NCBI GenBank assembly: GCA_051746725.1
Contig: JBNJFI010000011.1
Location: forward strand, 1,255 to 35,659
Source: Fusobacteriota bacterium
Lineage (GTDB): Bacteria > Fusobacteriota > Fusobacteriia > Fusobacteriales > JBNJFI01
Direction of reading: 5' to 3'
Length of the DNA: 34,405 nucleotides
The position numbers and the translations under genes are program-made. The notes under the pieces were generated by a model. The model searched no databases. It was not told the origin of the DNA and worked only from the letters and a program-made list of their open reading frames with translations. Below are positions 9,322-18,668 of the stretch, one piece after another; positions within the stretch are counted from its first letter, which is position 1; every line of letters starts with the position of its first letter.

Positions 9322-11295
9322 ATGAAAATAAAAGGAAAATTAAGAATATATACTATTTTAGTTTCTATATTACCAATAATTTTATTGGGGATTATCTCAA
9401 TTTGGAAAGGAACTAAAACTTTAGTAAAATCGGAAACGAGAACCGTTGAAGCCAATATAAAAAGAGGTAAGGATATGTTAAATACAGTTATAGATAATGC
9501 CATAGCAGATATTGAAACCTTAAGTATTATTCAAAGAAAAAATCAAGGCAATATAGATCTAATTGAAAGTACTTATAAATCAATTGCAAAAGCTCCTGAA
9601 TATGGGGCAGTTTATTTTGGAAGTGCAAAAGGAGATATGTATCTATATCCAATTAAGAATCGAGAGGATTTTCCAGATAACTATCATCATAGGATAAGAC
9701 CTTGGTATATAGGAGCTAAAGAAAAACAAGGAGATCTTTTTATAAGCGAACCCTATCTAGAAGAGTCTGGAAATACTATAATGACAATATCTCAAGGAGT
9801 TTATGATAAAGGAAATTTGTTAGGAGTGATTGGAATAGATATTGATTGGGGTAATTTTCAAAAGCAAATATCTAAAATGAAAATAGCAAACGAAGGACAT
9901 ATGTTTGTATTATTTAGAAACGGAATTACTTTAGTTCATCCAGATGAGAATTTAGTGGGAAATAAAATATTAAGTGAGTTTGATTTTGGAAGGAAAATAT
10001 TAGAATCTAAATCTGGAAATTTAGAATATAAACAAAACGGGACAAAATCTTTTGTTATCTTTGATAATATAGAAAAGTTGGGATTGATTATTGCAGGCGG
10101 AACAACATATAAGGATATTTCTAGTAATTTTATAGAATTAAAAAATCTAATAATTGCAATCACAATGATAATAATTTTATTATCTGCAATTGCGATATAT
10201 ATTTTTGGAAAGGATATAAGATCTGGATTGAATACTATATTAGAAATTGCAATTAATACAGCTGAAGGAGATTTTTCCAATAATATTAATATTAAGAGAG
10301 ATGATGAAATAGGAATAACCGCCATAGAATTTAAAAAAACTATTGAAAAACAGAGCATATTTTTAAAACAGATTCAAGAAAAAGGTTTAAGTTTAGCCGA
10401 TATATCTGATATGACTAAAAATATGTTAAAAAAATCCATGGACAGTATTAAAGTAATTTCTAATAATATGGAATCATTAAATCTAGATATTCAGACTAAT
10501 TCAAGTTCAGTAAATCAAGCTTCCAATGGGATAGCAGAAGTTTCTGAAAGTTCTATGCAAGTAGAAAAACTGTCACAAAATATAGGCGATGCTGTCAAAA
10601 AAGCCAACGAGAAGGCTCAAAATGGACAAAAGGGGATAGAAAAGATTATGTTAGCCATGGACAACATAACAGAGACTATTCAAATGGCTTCTAGATCAAG
10701 TGAGGAGTTATCAGAACAAACCGAAGAAATCCGGAATTTTGTTACAACAATAAGAAATATCTCTGAACAGACAAATTTATTAGCTTTAAATGCTGCAATT
10801 GAAGCTGCCAGAGCTGGAGATGCTGGGAAAGGATTTGCAGTAGTTGCTGATGAGATAAGATCTCTTGCAGAAAATAGTCAAAAAGCAACTGAAGATATTG
10901 AAAGAATAATAGATGATTTAGTTTTGAAAAGTGATGAAGTAGCAGAGGAAACAGAGGATGGAGAAATCCAAGCCAAAAAAGGGCACTCTACAGTTAGAGA
11001 AGTAGGGAAGGAATTCAAATTAATAATTGAAAAAGTTAATGGAATAAATGATATGGTGGATGATATTGTAAGTGCCTCGGAAGAACAGTCCGCAGCAACA
11101 AGGAATATGGAAAATGTAATAAATGATATTAATTCTGTATTGAAAAATAGTGAACAGGAGGTAAAAGATGTATCAGATGAAGTAATTACAGAAAGTAAAG
11201 TAATAGAGAAAATTAAAAATTTATCAGAAGAATTAGAAAATATGTCAAATGAAATGGCGGAATCATTATCTCAATTTAAGTTTTCAAACAAATAA
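9322..11295 (+). CDS. Methyl-accepting chemotaxis protein with dCache_1 sensor and HAMP
   Basis: TM - Cache ('RPWY', 'SEPY', 'GVIGID', 'LVHPD') - TM - HAMP ('RDDEIG') - signalling hairpin '[38 protein letters not shown]'. Confidence 0.96.
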   Translation: MKIKGKLRIYTILVSILPIILLGIISIWKGTKTLVKSETRTVEANIKRGKDMLNTVIDNAIADIETLSIIQRKNQGNIDLIESTYKSIAKAPEYGAVYFGSAKGDMYLYPIKNREDFPDNYHHRIRPWYIGAKEKQGDLFISEPYLEESGNTIMTISQGVYDKGNLLGVIGIDIDWGNFQKQISKMKIANEGHMFVLFRNGITLVHPDENLVGNKILSEFDFGRKILESKSGNLEYKQNGTKSFVIFDNIEKLGLIIAGGTTYKDISSNFIELKNLIIAITMIIILLSAIAIYIFGKDIRSGLNTILEIAINTAEGDFSNNINIKRDDEIGITAIEFKKTIEKQSIFLKQIQEKGLSLADISDMTKNMLKKSMDSIKVISNNMESLNLDIQTNSSSVNQASNGIAEVSESSMQVEKLSQNIGDAVKKANEKAQNGQKGIEKIMLAMDNITETIQMASRSSEELSEQTEEIRNFVTTIRNISEQTNLLALNAAIEAARAGDAGKGFAVVADEIRSLAENSQKATEDIERIIDDLVLKSDEVAEETEDGEIQAKKGHSTVREVGKEFKLIIEKVNGINDMVDDIVSASEEQSAATRNMENVINDINSVLKNSEQEVKDVSDEVITESKVIEKIKNLSEELENMSNEMAESLSQFKFSNK

Positions 11296-11304
11296 AGGAA
11301 TTTT

Positions 11305-11347
11305 TTTACATGAAATTTACTTTAGATTAACTTAAATATGGTAAAAT
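11305..11347 (+). promoter_or_regulatory. PhoP/OmpR-type direct repeats (3 x 11-bp phase) plus extended -10 upstream of ROK-ppx-ppk1
   Basis: TTTACA(11305), TTTACT(11316), TTAACT(11327), then 9 nt and TGG-TAAAAT (11342-11347). Same geometry as the MCP promoter. Confidence 0.68.
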
Positions 11348-11378
11348 AATATTATAAAATAAAAATTGGAGGGAAATT

Positions 11379-12344
11379 ATGTATATTGTATTAGATATTG
11401 GAGGAACAAATATTTTAGGAGCACTTTTTGATGAAAATAACGAGATAGTTAAAACAAAAAAGAAAAAAACTAAAGCTTATAAAGGTGAAGAGGAGGTTTT
11501 TAAAAGAATTTGTAAAGTTATTGATAAATTAATAGATGAAGCTGGAAATAAAAAAATGATTAGTGGAATTGGTGCAGGGGCGCCTGGAATAATTTCAGAA
11601 AATGATGGGATTATAATTACTTCACCAAATTTACCTTGGAAAAACTATAATTTAAAAGAAAAAATTCAAGAAGAATATAATATTCCGTTTTACTTGGAAA
11701 ATGACGTGAATGTAGGAATTTTAGGCGAATGGAGATATGGAGCAGGTAAAGGCGCAGATAATTTAATAGGGATGTTTATAGGAACAGGTATAGGCGGAGG
11801 ATTGGTATTAGACGGAAGCTTATATAAAGGCAATATAGGGGGAGCTGGAGAGATTGGACATATTTCCGTTAATCCAGATGGACCTGTATGTGGATGTAAT
11901 TCAAAGGGATGTATTGAAACTTTAGCTTCTAAAACAGGGATGTTGCGTGAAATTGAAGCTAGAATAAAAAGAGGGGAAGAAACAATCTTAGAAGAACTTC
12001 TAGAAGGTAAGAAAATATTAAAAAGTAGCTATTTAAAAGAAGGTTATGACAAAAAAGATAGAGTTACTTTGGAAATTTTAGAAGATTCATGTAAATATAT
12101 TGGAGTTGGAGTGGCTTCTCTAATAAATATTTTAAATCCAGATGTGATAGTTTTCGGTGGGGGAATCATGGAAAAATTAGGAGAAGAATTACTTTCTAAA
12201 ATAAGAAATTATGCAAATCGATATGCAATGAAAGAATTATTAAATTCATGCGAATTTAAAGTAGCTTCCTTGGGAGATGATGCTCCATTATTTGGTGGAT
12301 TAGAACTAGCCAAGGCAAGTGAATATAGAGATATGGGTTTATAA
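11379..12344 (+). CDS. ROK-family sugar kinase (glucokinase-like)
   Basis: 'LDIGGTN', 'GAPG', 'LENDVN', 'GTGIGGG', 'GEIGH', Zn motif 'CGCNSKGCIE'; no N-terminal HTH. Confidence 0.92.
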   Translation: MYIVLDIGGTNILGALFDENNEIVKTKKKKTKAYKGEEEVFKRICKVIDKLIDEAGNKKMISGIGAGAPGIISENDGIIITSPNLPWKNYNLKEKIQEEYNIPFYLENDVNVGILGEWRYGAGKGADNLIGMFIGTGIGGGLVLDGSLYKGNIGGAGEIGHISVNPDGPVCGCNSKGCIETLASKTGMLREIEARIKRGEETILEELLEGKKILKSSYLKEGYDKKDRVTLEILEDSCKYIGVGVASLINILNPDVIVFGGGIMEKLGEELLSKIRNYANRYAMKELLNSCEFKVASLGDDAPLFGGLELAKASEYRDMGL

Positions 12345-12365
12345 AAAGTTTTTAGGGAGGATCAA

Positions 12366-13946
12366 ATGTTTTTCAAAAAAAAGAACAAACAAAAAAATAT
12401 GAAATCAAAAATCAAAGCAGGAATATACATTGACTCCCAAGCATTATTTTTGAAAATAGTTCAAAGAGAAGATAACAAAATAAAATTTATTGAGGAATTA
12501 GAATATCCAGTTAATTTAGGAAGCGATACCTTTGCTAATTATAAAATTGGTTTTGATAATGTCGATAAAATGTTAAAAGGATTATCTGGATTTATTAAGA
12601 CTATAGAAACTTATAATATAAATAAAGATTCTATTATAATTGTTGCAACTACTGCGATAAGGGCAGCAGAAAATAAAGATTATATTTTAGATCAAATACA
12701 TGTGAAAACAGGTTTAAAAGTAGAAGTACTTACCGATAATGCTGAAAAATTTATAATTTATAGAGGAATTAGAAATAAATTATCAGAAATATCAAACATT
12801 GATTTAGAAAAAAAATCTCTACTTTCATATATTGGGACAGGTAGATTAGGCATAGGGATTTATGAAAATGAGATGATAACATCTACTCAAAACATAAGAG
12901 TAGGATCTTTAAAATTGAGTGAAATATTAGGTGAAATACAAGAAAAAACTGATAAATTTTATCTTGTAGTCGAAGAATATTTAAGCAGTTTTTCATATAT
13001 GTTAAAATCTTTTTTGAATAAAAATTCCATTAAAACTTTTATTGCAACAGGAAAAAACTTAAATTTGATACTTAGATTGCTGGAAGCAAAAAATATTAAT
13101 GGTTTAAGTTATATTTCAAAAAACAAATTTAATAATTTTTATGCAAAAATAAAAGATAAAACTCCAAATCAGATATCACAGATATATAATTTATCTTTGG
13201 AAAACTCTGAAATTCTCTTGCCTTCCATGGCAATATATAAAAATTTGTGGAGTTTTACTAACTCAAAAAAGATGATTATTCTTGATATTAATCTAATAGA
13301 TGTGCTTTTATATGAAGAAGTTTTCCCAAAAAAGTCTAAATTGGAATTTCAAAATTTAAAAGCGAGTACTATTATTTCAGCAAAAAAGGTAGGAGAAAAA
13401 TATGACTATAATTATGCACATGCTACCGTAATTGAAAAATTTGCACTTAAAATATTTGATAATTTAAGAGAAATTCATGGCCTAGATGATAGAGATAGAT
13501 TACTTTTACAGCTAGCTGCAATACTTCATGATATTGGAAAATTTATAAGTTTAAAAAATCATTATGATCATTCTTATGAATTAATTAGAAGCTCACATAT
13601 CTTTGGAGTAACTAATAAAGAATTAGAAATTATAGCAAATATATCTAAATATCACAGTGTGAAAATTCCAGATGTTAATGATGAAAATTATAAAAAATTA
13701 GATAACGAAAATAAAATCTTAGTTTCAAAATTAGCAGCTTTGCTTAGATTAGCTGATTCTTTAGACAGAGCGCATAAAAATAAAATTAAAGATATTGAAA
13801 TAAAATTAAAAAAAGATTCTTTAAATATAATTGCTGTAACTGATGAACCAATATTTTTGGAAAAATGGGTGTTTAATGAAAAAACAAATATCTTTGAACA
13901 AATATTTGGTATAAAGGCAAATTTAATGAGAAAGGAGACTCGATGA
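12366..13946 (+). CDS. ppx: Ppx/GppA-family exopolyphosphatase-like protein with C-terminal HD domain (N-domain motifs degenerate)
   Basis: 'ATTAIRAAEN', 'TGLKVEVL', 'VGSLKL'; HD region 'AILHDIGK...HYDHS...SKYH...RLADSLD'. ATGA overlap with ppk1. Confidence 0.85.
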   Translation: MFFKKKNKQKNMKSKIKAGIYIDSQALFLKIVQREDNKIKFIEELEYPVNLGSDTFANYKIGFDNVDKMLKGLSGFIKTIETYNINKDSIIIVATTAIRAAENKDYILDQIHVKTGLKVEVLTDNAEKFIIYRGIRNKLSEISNIDLEKKSLLSYIGTGRLGIGIYENEMITSTQNIRVGSLKLSEILGEIQEKTDKFYLVVEEYLSSFSYMLKSFLNKNSIKTFIATGKNLNLILRLLEAKNINGLSYISKNKFNNFYAKIKDKTPNQISQIYNLSLENSEILLPSMAIYKNLWSFTNSKKMIILDINLIDVLLYEEVFPKKSKLEFQNLKASTIISAKKVGEKYDYNYAHATVIEKFALKIFDNLREIHGLDDRDRLLLQLAAILHDIGKFISLKNHYDHSYELIRSSHIFGVTNKELEIIANISKYHSVKIPDVNDENYKKLDNENKILVSKLAALLRLADSLDRAHKNKIKDIEIKLKKDSLNIIAVTDEPIFLEKWVFNEKTNIFEQIFGIKANLMRKETR

Positions 13947-16063
13947 ATTTAAATGATCCTATGTATTTTTTAAATAAACAACTTAGCTGGGTAGAATTCA
14001 ATAAAAGAGTCTTAGAAGAAGCTCAAGATGAAAATACACCTCTTTTGGAAAGATTAAAGTTTATTTCCATCGTCTCTTCAAATTTTGATGAATTTATGAT
14101 GGTGAGAGTTTCTAGAGTTAGAAGAGCAGTATTAGATGGAATAGATAAAACTGATAAGTCTGGTTTAAGACCAGAAAAATTATATGAATTATTATCAAAA
14201 AAGATACATAAATTAGTTAATGATCAGTATGATACTTATAATAAGATAATCTCTCAATTAGAAAATGAGGGAATAAAATTAATTAAATATGTAAACTTAA
14301 GTAAAAAAGAGGAAATTTATATAAAGGATTATTTTAAGGATATTATCAAACCTTGTTTAACCCCAATGGCTATTGATGAAAGTCGTCCTTTTCCTCTTCT
14401 ATTAAACAAAAGTCTTAATATAGGCATATCTTTAGAAAGTGAAGAATCAGAAAATTTTTTAAAAAATAAAACTGGGGATCATCTTTTTTCAATAATAAGA
14501 GTTCCTTCTAATATAAAAAGGTTTATAAAACTAAAGGATAAAAACAGATATGTTTTTTTAGAAGAGGTTATTATAAATAACTTAAATAATATTTTCCCTG
14601 GCTATTCTATAAAAAGTACAAATCTGTTTCGTATGACTAGAAATGCAGATGTAAATTTAAATGAAGACACTCAAAATCTTCTAAAAGAAATGGAAAGTTA
14701 TGTTAAAAGGAGAAGATGGGGAGAACCAGTTAGATTAGAAATTAATTCTGATATGGATAAATATTTTAAAAAATTTCTTATTAAGTCTTTAGACTTAAAA
14801 CCAAAAGATATTTATGTATTAGATGGTCCCATTGATTTAATACCAGTTTTAGAATTAACTAAAGTAGATGGATATGGTCCTCTTAAATATGCTCCTAGAG
14901 TGGCAAAACCAGCTGTAGATTTTGTAACTAGTGAGGATATATTTAAAACAGTTAGAGAAAAAGATTGTCTAGTTCATCATCCTTTTGAATCCTTTGATCC
15001 CGTTGTAAAAATCATTAAAAAAGCGTCAGAGGACCCTAAAGTTTTAGCTATAAAGCAAACATTATACAGAGTTAGTGGAGATTCACCAATAATTAAAGCA
15101 CTTGCTAAAGCTTCTAATAATGGAAAGCAGGTAACAGTTTTAGTTGAATTAAAGGCTAGATTTGATGAGAAAAATAATATTGGGTGGGCAAAAAAGTTGG
15201 AGTCTGCAGGATGCCATGTTATTTATGGTTTGACAGGATTAAAAGTTCATTCTAAACTTTTATTAATTATTAGGGAAGAAAAAGATGGAATTAGACGATA
15301 TGTACACATGGCGACTGGGAATTATAATGATACAACTGCAAAGTTTTATACAGATATAGGAATGTTTACAGCAAAAGAAACTTTTGGAAAGGATGTTTCA
15401 AGTTTATTTAATATCTTAACTGGATATTCGTCACCGCCTGTATGGAAAAAAATTATAGTAGCTCCTATGAATTTCAGAAAAAAGTTTCTTAATTTAATAA
15501 ATAAAGAGATTGAAAATAGTATTTCTGGAATTCCTGGGAGAATCATAATAAAATGTAATTCTCTTATAGATAAAAAACTTATTAAAAAATTATATGAAGC
15601 ATCTAAAGCAGGAGTTAAGATAGATCTTATTATTAGAGGTATCTGCTGTCTCCGTCCTAACATAAAGGAAGTTAGCGAAAACATAAGGGTAATTAGTATT
15701 GTTGGGCAATTATTAGAACACAGTAGAATATTCTACTTTTATAACTCTGGGAATCCATTGATATATGGATCGAGCGCTGATTGGAGACCAAGAAATCTAG
15801 ATAGACGAGTAGAAGTTGCCTTTCCTATAGAAGATGAAGACTTAAAAGAAAAAATTTTTTCTATTCTTAAACTCCTTTTACATGATAACATTAAAGCTAG
15901 AGAATTAAAATCAGATGGAACTTATCAAAGAGTTAAAAACTCTTTGAAACCCATAAATTCTCAAGATAAGTTATATAAAAAAATTGATTGTTATTTACAG
16001 AAAAAGGAAAAACAATCACCTAATATAAATATAAAAAGATTATTTAAAATATTTTCAAAATGA
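13943..16063 (+). CDS. ppk1: Polyphosphate kinase 1
   Basis: 'LSWVEFNKRVL', 'PLLERLKF', 'HHPFESF', 'IKQTLYR', 'ELKARFDE', phospho-His 'LKVHSK', 'TGNYN', 'LEHSR', 'RNLDRRVE'. Confidence 0.97.
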   Translation: MNLNDPMYFLNKQLSWVEFNKRVLEEAQDENTPLLERLKFISIVSSNFDEFMMVRVSRVRRAVLDGIDKTDKSGLRPEKLYELLSKKIHKLVNDQYDTYNKIISQLENEGIKLIKYVNLSKKEEIYIKDYFKDIIKPCLTPMAIDESRPFPLLLNKSLNIGISLESEESENFLKNKTGDHLFSIIRVPSNIKRFIKLKDKNRYVFLEEVIINNLNNIFPGYSIKSTNLFRMTRNADVNLNEDTQNLLKEMESYVKRRRWGEPVRLEINSDMDKYFKKFLIKSLDLKPKDIYVLDGPIDLIPVLELTKVDGYGPLKYAPRVAKPAVDFVTSEDIFKTVREKDCLVHHPFESFDPVVKIIKKASEDPKVLAIKQTLYRVSGDSPIIKALAKASNNGKQVTVLVELKARFDEKNNIGWAKKLESAGCHVIYGLTGLKVHSKLLLIIREEKDGIRRYVHMATGNYNDTTAKFYTDIGMFTAKETFGKDVSSLFNILTGYSSPPVWKKIIVAPMNFRKKFLNLINKEIENSISGIPGRIIIKCNSLIDKKLIKKLYEASKAGVKIDLIIRGICCLRPNIKEVSENIRVISIVGQLLEHSRIFYFYNSGNPLIYGSSADWRPRNLDRRVEVAFPIEDEDLKEKIFSILKLLLHDNIKARELKSDGTYQRVKNSLKPINSQDKLYKKIDCYLQKKEKQSPNINIKRLFKIFSK

Positions 16064-16069
16064 AATATT

Positions 16070-16118
16070 AAATTTAAAAGACAAAATATCGAAAAACGAT
16101 ATTTTGTCTTTTAAATTT
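16070..16118. terminator. Intrinsic terminator after ppk1
   Basis: 22-bp perfect inverted repeat AAATTTAAAAGACAAAATATCG / CGATATTTTGTCTTTTAAATTT with a 5-nt loop. Confidence 0.85.
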
Positions 16119-16212
16119 GCATAAAAATGAAAAAATTATATTAATATATAACTTTAAGACTAAAATTAATTTGGATTTATAATCAGGAAACTTATTAAAT
16201 ATTAATAATTGC

Positions 16213-16241
16213 TTGATATTAAACGACTCATTAGTTATAAT
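16213..16241 (+). promoter_or_regulatory. sigma70-type promoter for the DUF429 gene
   Basis: TTGATA-N17-TATAAT. Confidence 0.65.
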
Positions 16242-16307
16242 GATATCAATTAAGACATTAAAATTTTAATTTTTTTATTATCTACCAAAGATATTTGAGG
16301 AGGATTT

Positions 16308-17054
16308 ATGAAGTTTATTGGAATTGATTTAGCTTGGACTTATAAAAATGAAACAGGACTTTGTATAATGAATGAAGATGGGACTATTGAATACTTAGAT
16401 TCGAAAGTTTATAGTGACTTAGATATAATTTCAATTATTAGTAATTACAAAAAAGATAATAAAGATGATATTGCAATTGGAGTTGATGCGCCCCTAATAG
16501 TAAAAAATCAAGGAGGATCTCGAGAAGCAGAGAGATCTGTAATGAAAACCAAGATAAATGGGTTTAAACTATCAATATTTGTCGTAAGTAGAGGCTTTTT
16601 AGAAAGAAATTTTGGAATGATAAGAGGAGAAATTTTGATGAATAAAATTCAAAAAAAATTTCCAGAAGTGAAAATAGATGATATTCCGAAAAAAAATAAG
16701 AGCTCCATAATAGAAACCTTTCCAACAGGAATATGCTGTGGAATTTTCCCAGAAATTTATCCTATAAAATATAAATTAAATAGAAAAATTTCTTATGAAA
16801 ATACTAAGATTGAATTAAAAAAACTTCTAAAAAAATTTTATGAGCTCGAAGAAAAAAATATGATTATGAAATTAAAAAATAATTTAAAATTTGAGGAAAC
16901 TAATATTACTAAGAAAAAATATAAACACATTGAAGATAAAGTCGATGCTTTTTTGACCGCCTATGGTATTTTTAGTATATATAAAGGATATTCAAAAAAG
17001 AAAATATTTGGTGAAGTTGATGAGGGGGCTATCACAATTCCAATAAAAATTTAA
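16308..17054 (+). CDS. DUF429-family protein (predicted RNase H-fold nuclease)
   Basis: 'FIGIDLAW', 'IGVDAPL', 'REAE', 'IETFP', 'EDKVDA' acidic motifs; RBS GAGGAGG. Confidence 0.78.
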   Translation: MKFIGIDLAWTYKNETGLCIMNEDGTIEYLDSKVYSDLDIISIISNYKKDNKDDIAIGVDAPLIVKNQGGSREAERSVMKTKINGFKLSIFVVSRGFLERNFGMIRGEILMNKIQKKFPEVKIDDIPKKNKSSIIETFPTGICCGIFPEIYPIKYKLNRKISYENTKIELKKLLKKFYELEEKNMIMKLKNNLKFEETNITKKKYKHIEDKVDAFLTAYGIFSIYKGYSKKKIFGEVDEGAITIPIKI

Positions 17055-17082
17055 ATCATATCTATAATAAAATCAAATTATA

Positions 17083-17091
17083 TGTTATAAT
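17083..17091 (+). promoter_or_regulatory. Possible extended -10 promoter for the MATE gene
   Basis: TGTTATAAT about 30 nt before the ATG; the background is AT-rich, so this is uncertain. Confidence 0.4.
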
Positions 17092-17119
17092 AAATTAAAT
17101 ATTTACATGAGGAGATTAT

Positions 17120-18493
17120 ATGAACAAATTAAAAAATTCATCAGATAAATTAGGAGAAGAACCTATTATACCTCTTTTATTAAGATTATCAATACCTGCA
17201 ATTATTGGGATGGCAATTCAAGCTCTATACAACGTAGTTGATAGTATATATATTGGTCATCTAAGTACAGAAGCTCTTTCTGCTTTAACATTGGCCTTTC
17301 CTATACAGATGATATTAATTGCTATATCTGTGGGAACAGGAACCGGAGCAAACTCTCTGATTTCAAGGGTTCTAGGTAAAAATAATAGATGTAGAGCTAA
17401 TAATATTGCAGAACATGTGGTAATAATTGCAGTAATTTACGGTATTTTAGTGGGAATTGTAGGCTTCTTTTTTGCAAACGATCTAATAAGTATATTTAGC
17501 AATGATCCTCAATTAATTGACATGGGAACTAGATATATAAGAATAATTATGGTAGGATCTATAGCTTTATTTATACCGATTATTTTTAATAATATTCTAA
17601 GAGGAGAGGGAAACACTTTTATTCCAATGGTTGGAATGTTAATTGGAGCTATTATTAATATGATTTTAGACCCTTTTTTGATATTCGGTATAGGAATATT
17701 TCCAAAATTAGGAGTTGAAGGAGCAGCTTATGCTACCGTAATTGCAAGACTTATTAGTGGTATTTTTATAACTAAAATAATTTTAAATGGAAAAAATGAA
17801 GTAACACTTAGATTAAAAGAATTTGATTTCGATTTTGATATATTTAAAGAGTTATATCAAGTAGGATTTCCTGCAATGCTTATGATGTTTTTATCTAGCA
17901 TTATGATTGCTGGAATGAATGTTATTGTATCGGAATATGGAACAACTGCCATTGCAGTTGTAGGTATATATTTTAGATTACAGTCCTTTGTTTTTATGCC
18001 TGTCTTTGGTTTAACACAAGGGTTTATACCTATAGTCGGTTATAATTATGGGCATAATAATCCAGATAGAATGAAAAAAACAATAATTTTTGGAATGCTA
18101 ATTGGTTTTGCTTTTACTTTAGCTGGATTTGCATTATTTCAAATTTTTCCAAATTTACTGATAAGAATGTTTAACGGAGATCAAAGATTATTGGATATTG
18201 GGACAATTGCTTTAAAAAGAATTAGCTTAGCGTTTCCTGTTATAGGACTATCAATTGTAGGAGCAACTACTTTTCAAGCTTTGGGAAAAGGAATGCCAAG
18301 TTTAACATTATCTTTACTACGGCAAATAGTATTTTTATTACCTTCAATGTATTTTTTAGGTAAATTTAAGGGATTAGATTTTATATGGTTTGCCTTTCCA
18401 ATTGCCGAAGGTCTTTCATTTATCATCTTAGTCTTTTGGTTGTTCATTACTTTAAAAAAATCAATCTGTGAAATGAAATATAAAAATAAATAA
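17120..18493 (+). CDS. MATE-family efflux transporter (MepA-like)
   Basis: 'LSIPAIIGMAIQALYNVVDSIYIG', 'LRGEG', 'NMILDPFLIFG', 'GVEGAAYATV', 'PIVGYNYG'; about 12 TM helices. Confidence 0.95.
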   Translation: MNKLKNSSDKLGEEPIIPLLLRLSIPAIIGMAIQALYNVVDSIYIGHLSTEALSALTLAFPIQMILIAISVGTGTGANSLISRVLGKNNRCRANNIAEHVVIIAVIYGILVGIVGFFFANDLISIFSNDPQLIDMGTRYIRIIMVGSIALFIPIIFNNILRGEGNTFIPMVGMLIGAIINMILDPFLIFGIGIFPKLGVEGAAYATVIARLISGIFITKIILNGKNEVTLRLKEFDFDFDIFKELYQVGFPAMLMMFLSSIMIAGMNVIVSEYGTTAIAVVGIYFRLQSFVFMPVFGLTQGFIPIVGYNYGHNNPDRMKKTIIFGMLIGFAFTLAGFALFQIFPNLLIRMFNGDQRLLDIGTIALKRISLAFPVIGLSIVGATTFQALGKGMPSLTLSLLRQIVFLLPSMYFLGKFKGLDFIWFAFPIAEGLSFIILVFWLFITLKKSICEMKYKNK

Positions 18494-18504
18494 ATTTTAA
18501 CTCT

Positions 18505-18545
18505 AAACCCTAAGAGGATAATTTTGTCTTTTTAGGGTTTTATTA
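18505..18545 (+). terminator. Intrinsic terminator after MATE
   Basis: AAACCCTAAGAGGATA / TGTCTTTTTAGGGTTT stem (with G-U pairs) followed by T-rich sequence. Confidence 0.7.
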
Positions 18546-18581
18546 TTAATAATTAATTATAAGAAATAATTTCAAAAAAGT

Positions 18582-18610
18582 TTGATATTTATATATTAAT
18601 AAAGTATAAT
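18582..18610 (+). promoter_or_regulatory. sigma70-type promoter for the first hybrid kinase
   Basis: TTGATA-N17-TATAAT. Confidence 0.6.
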
Positions 18611-18668
18611 TCAATATAGATTAGATTATTAATTATATCTTGAAATCTTAAATTAGAAAGGGGAGATC

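Noticed and set aside
11379..12344. Naming the ROK gene ppgK or a NagC/XylR repressor
   Set aside because: It has the Cys-rich Zn motif absent from classical PPGK and has no HTH; polyP use is kept only as a hypothesis.
16070..16118. 22-bp palindrome as a mobile-element end or operator
   Set aside because: Its position 7 nt after the ppk1 stop and the flanking A/T tracts fit an ordinary terminator; there is no second copy in the window.
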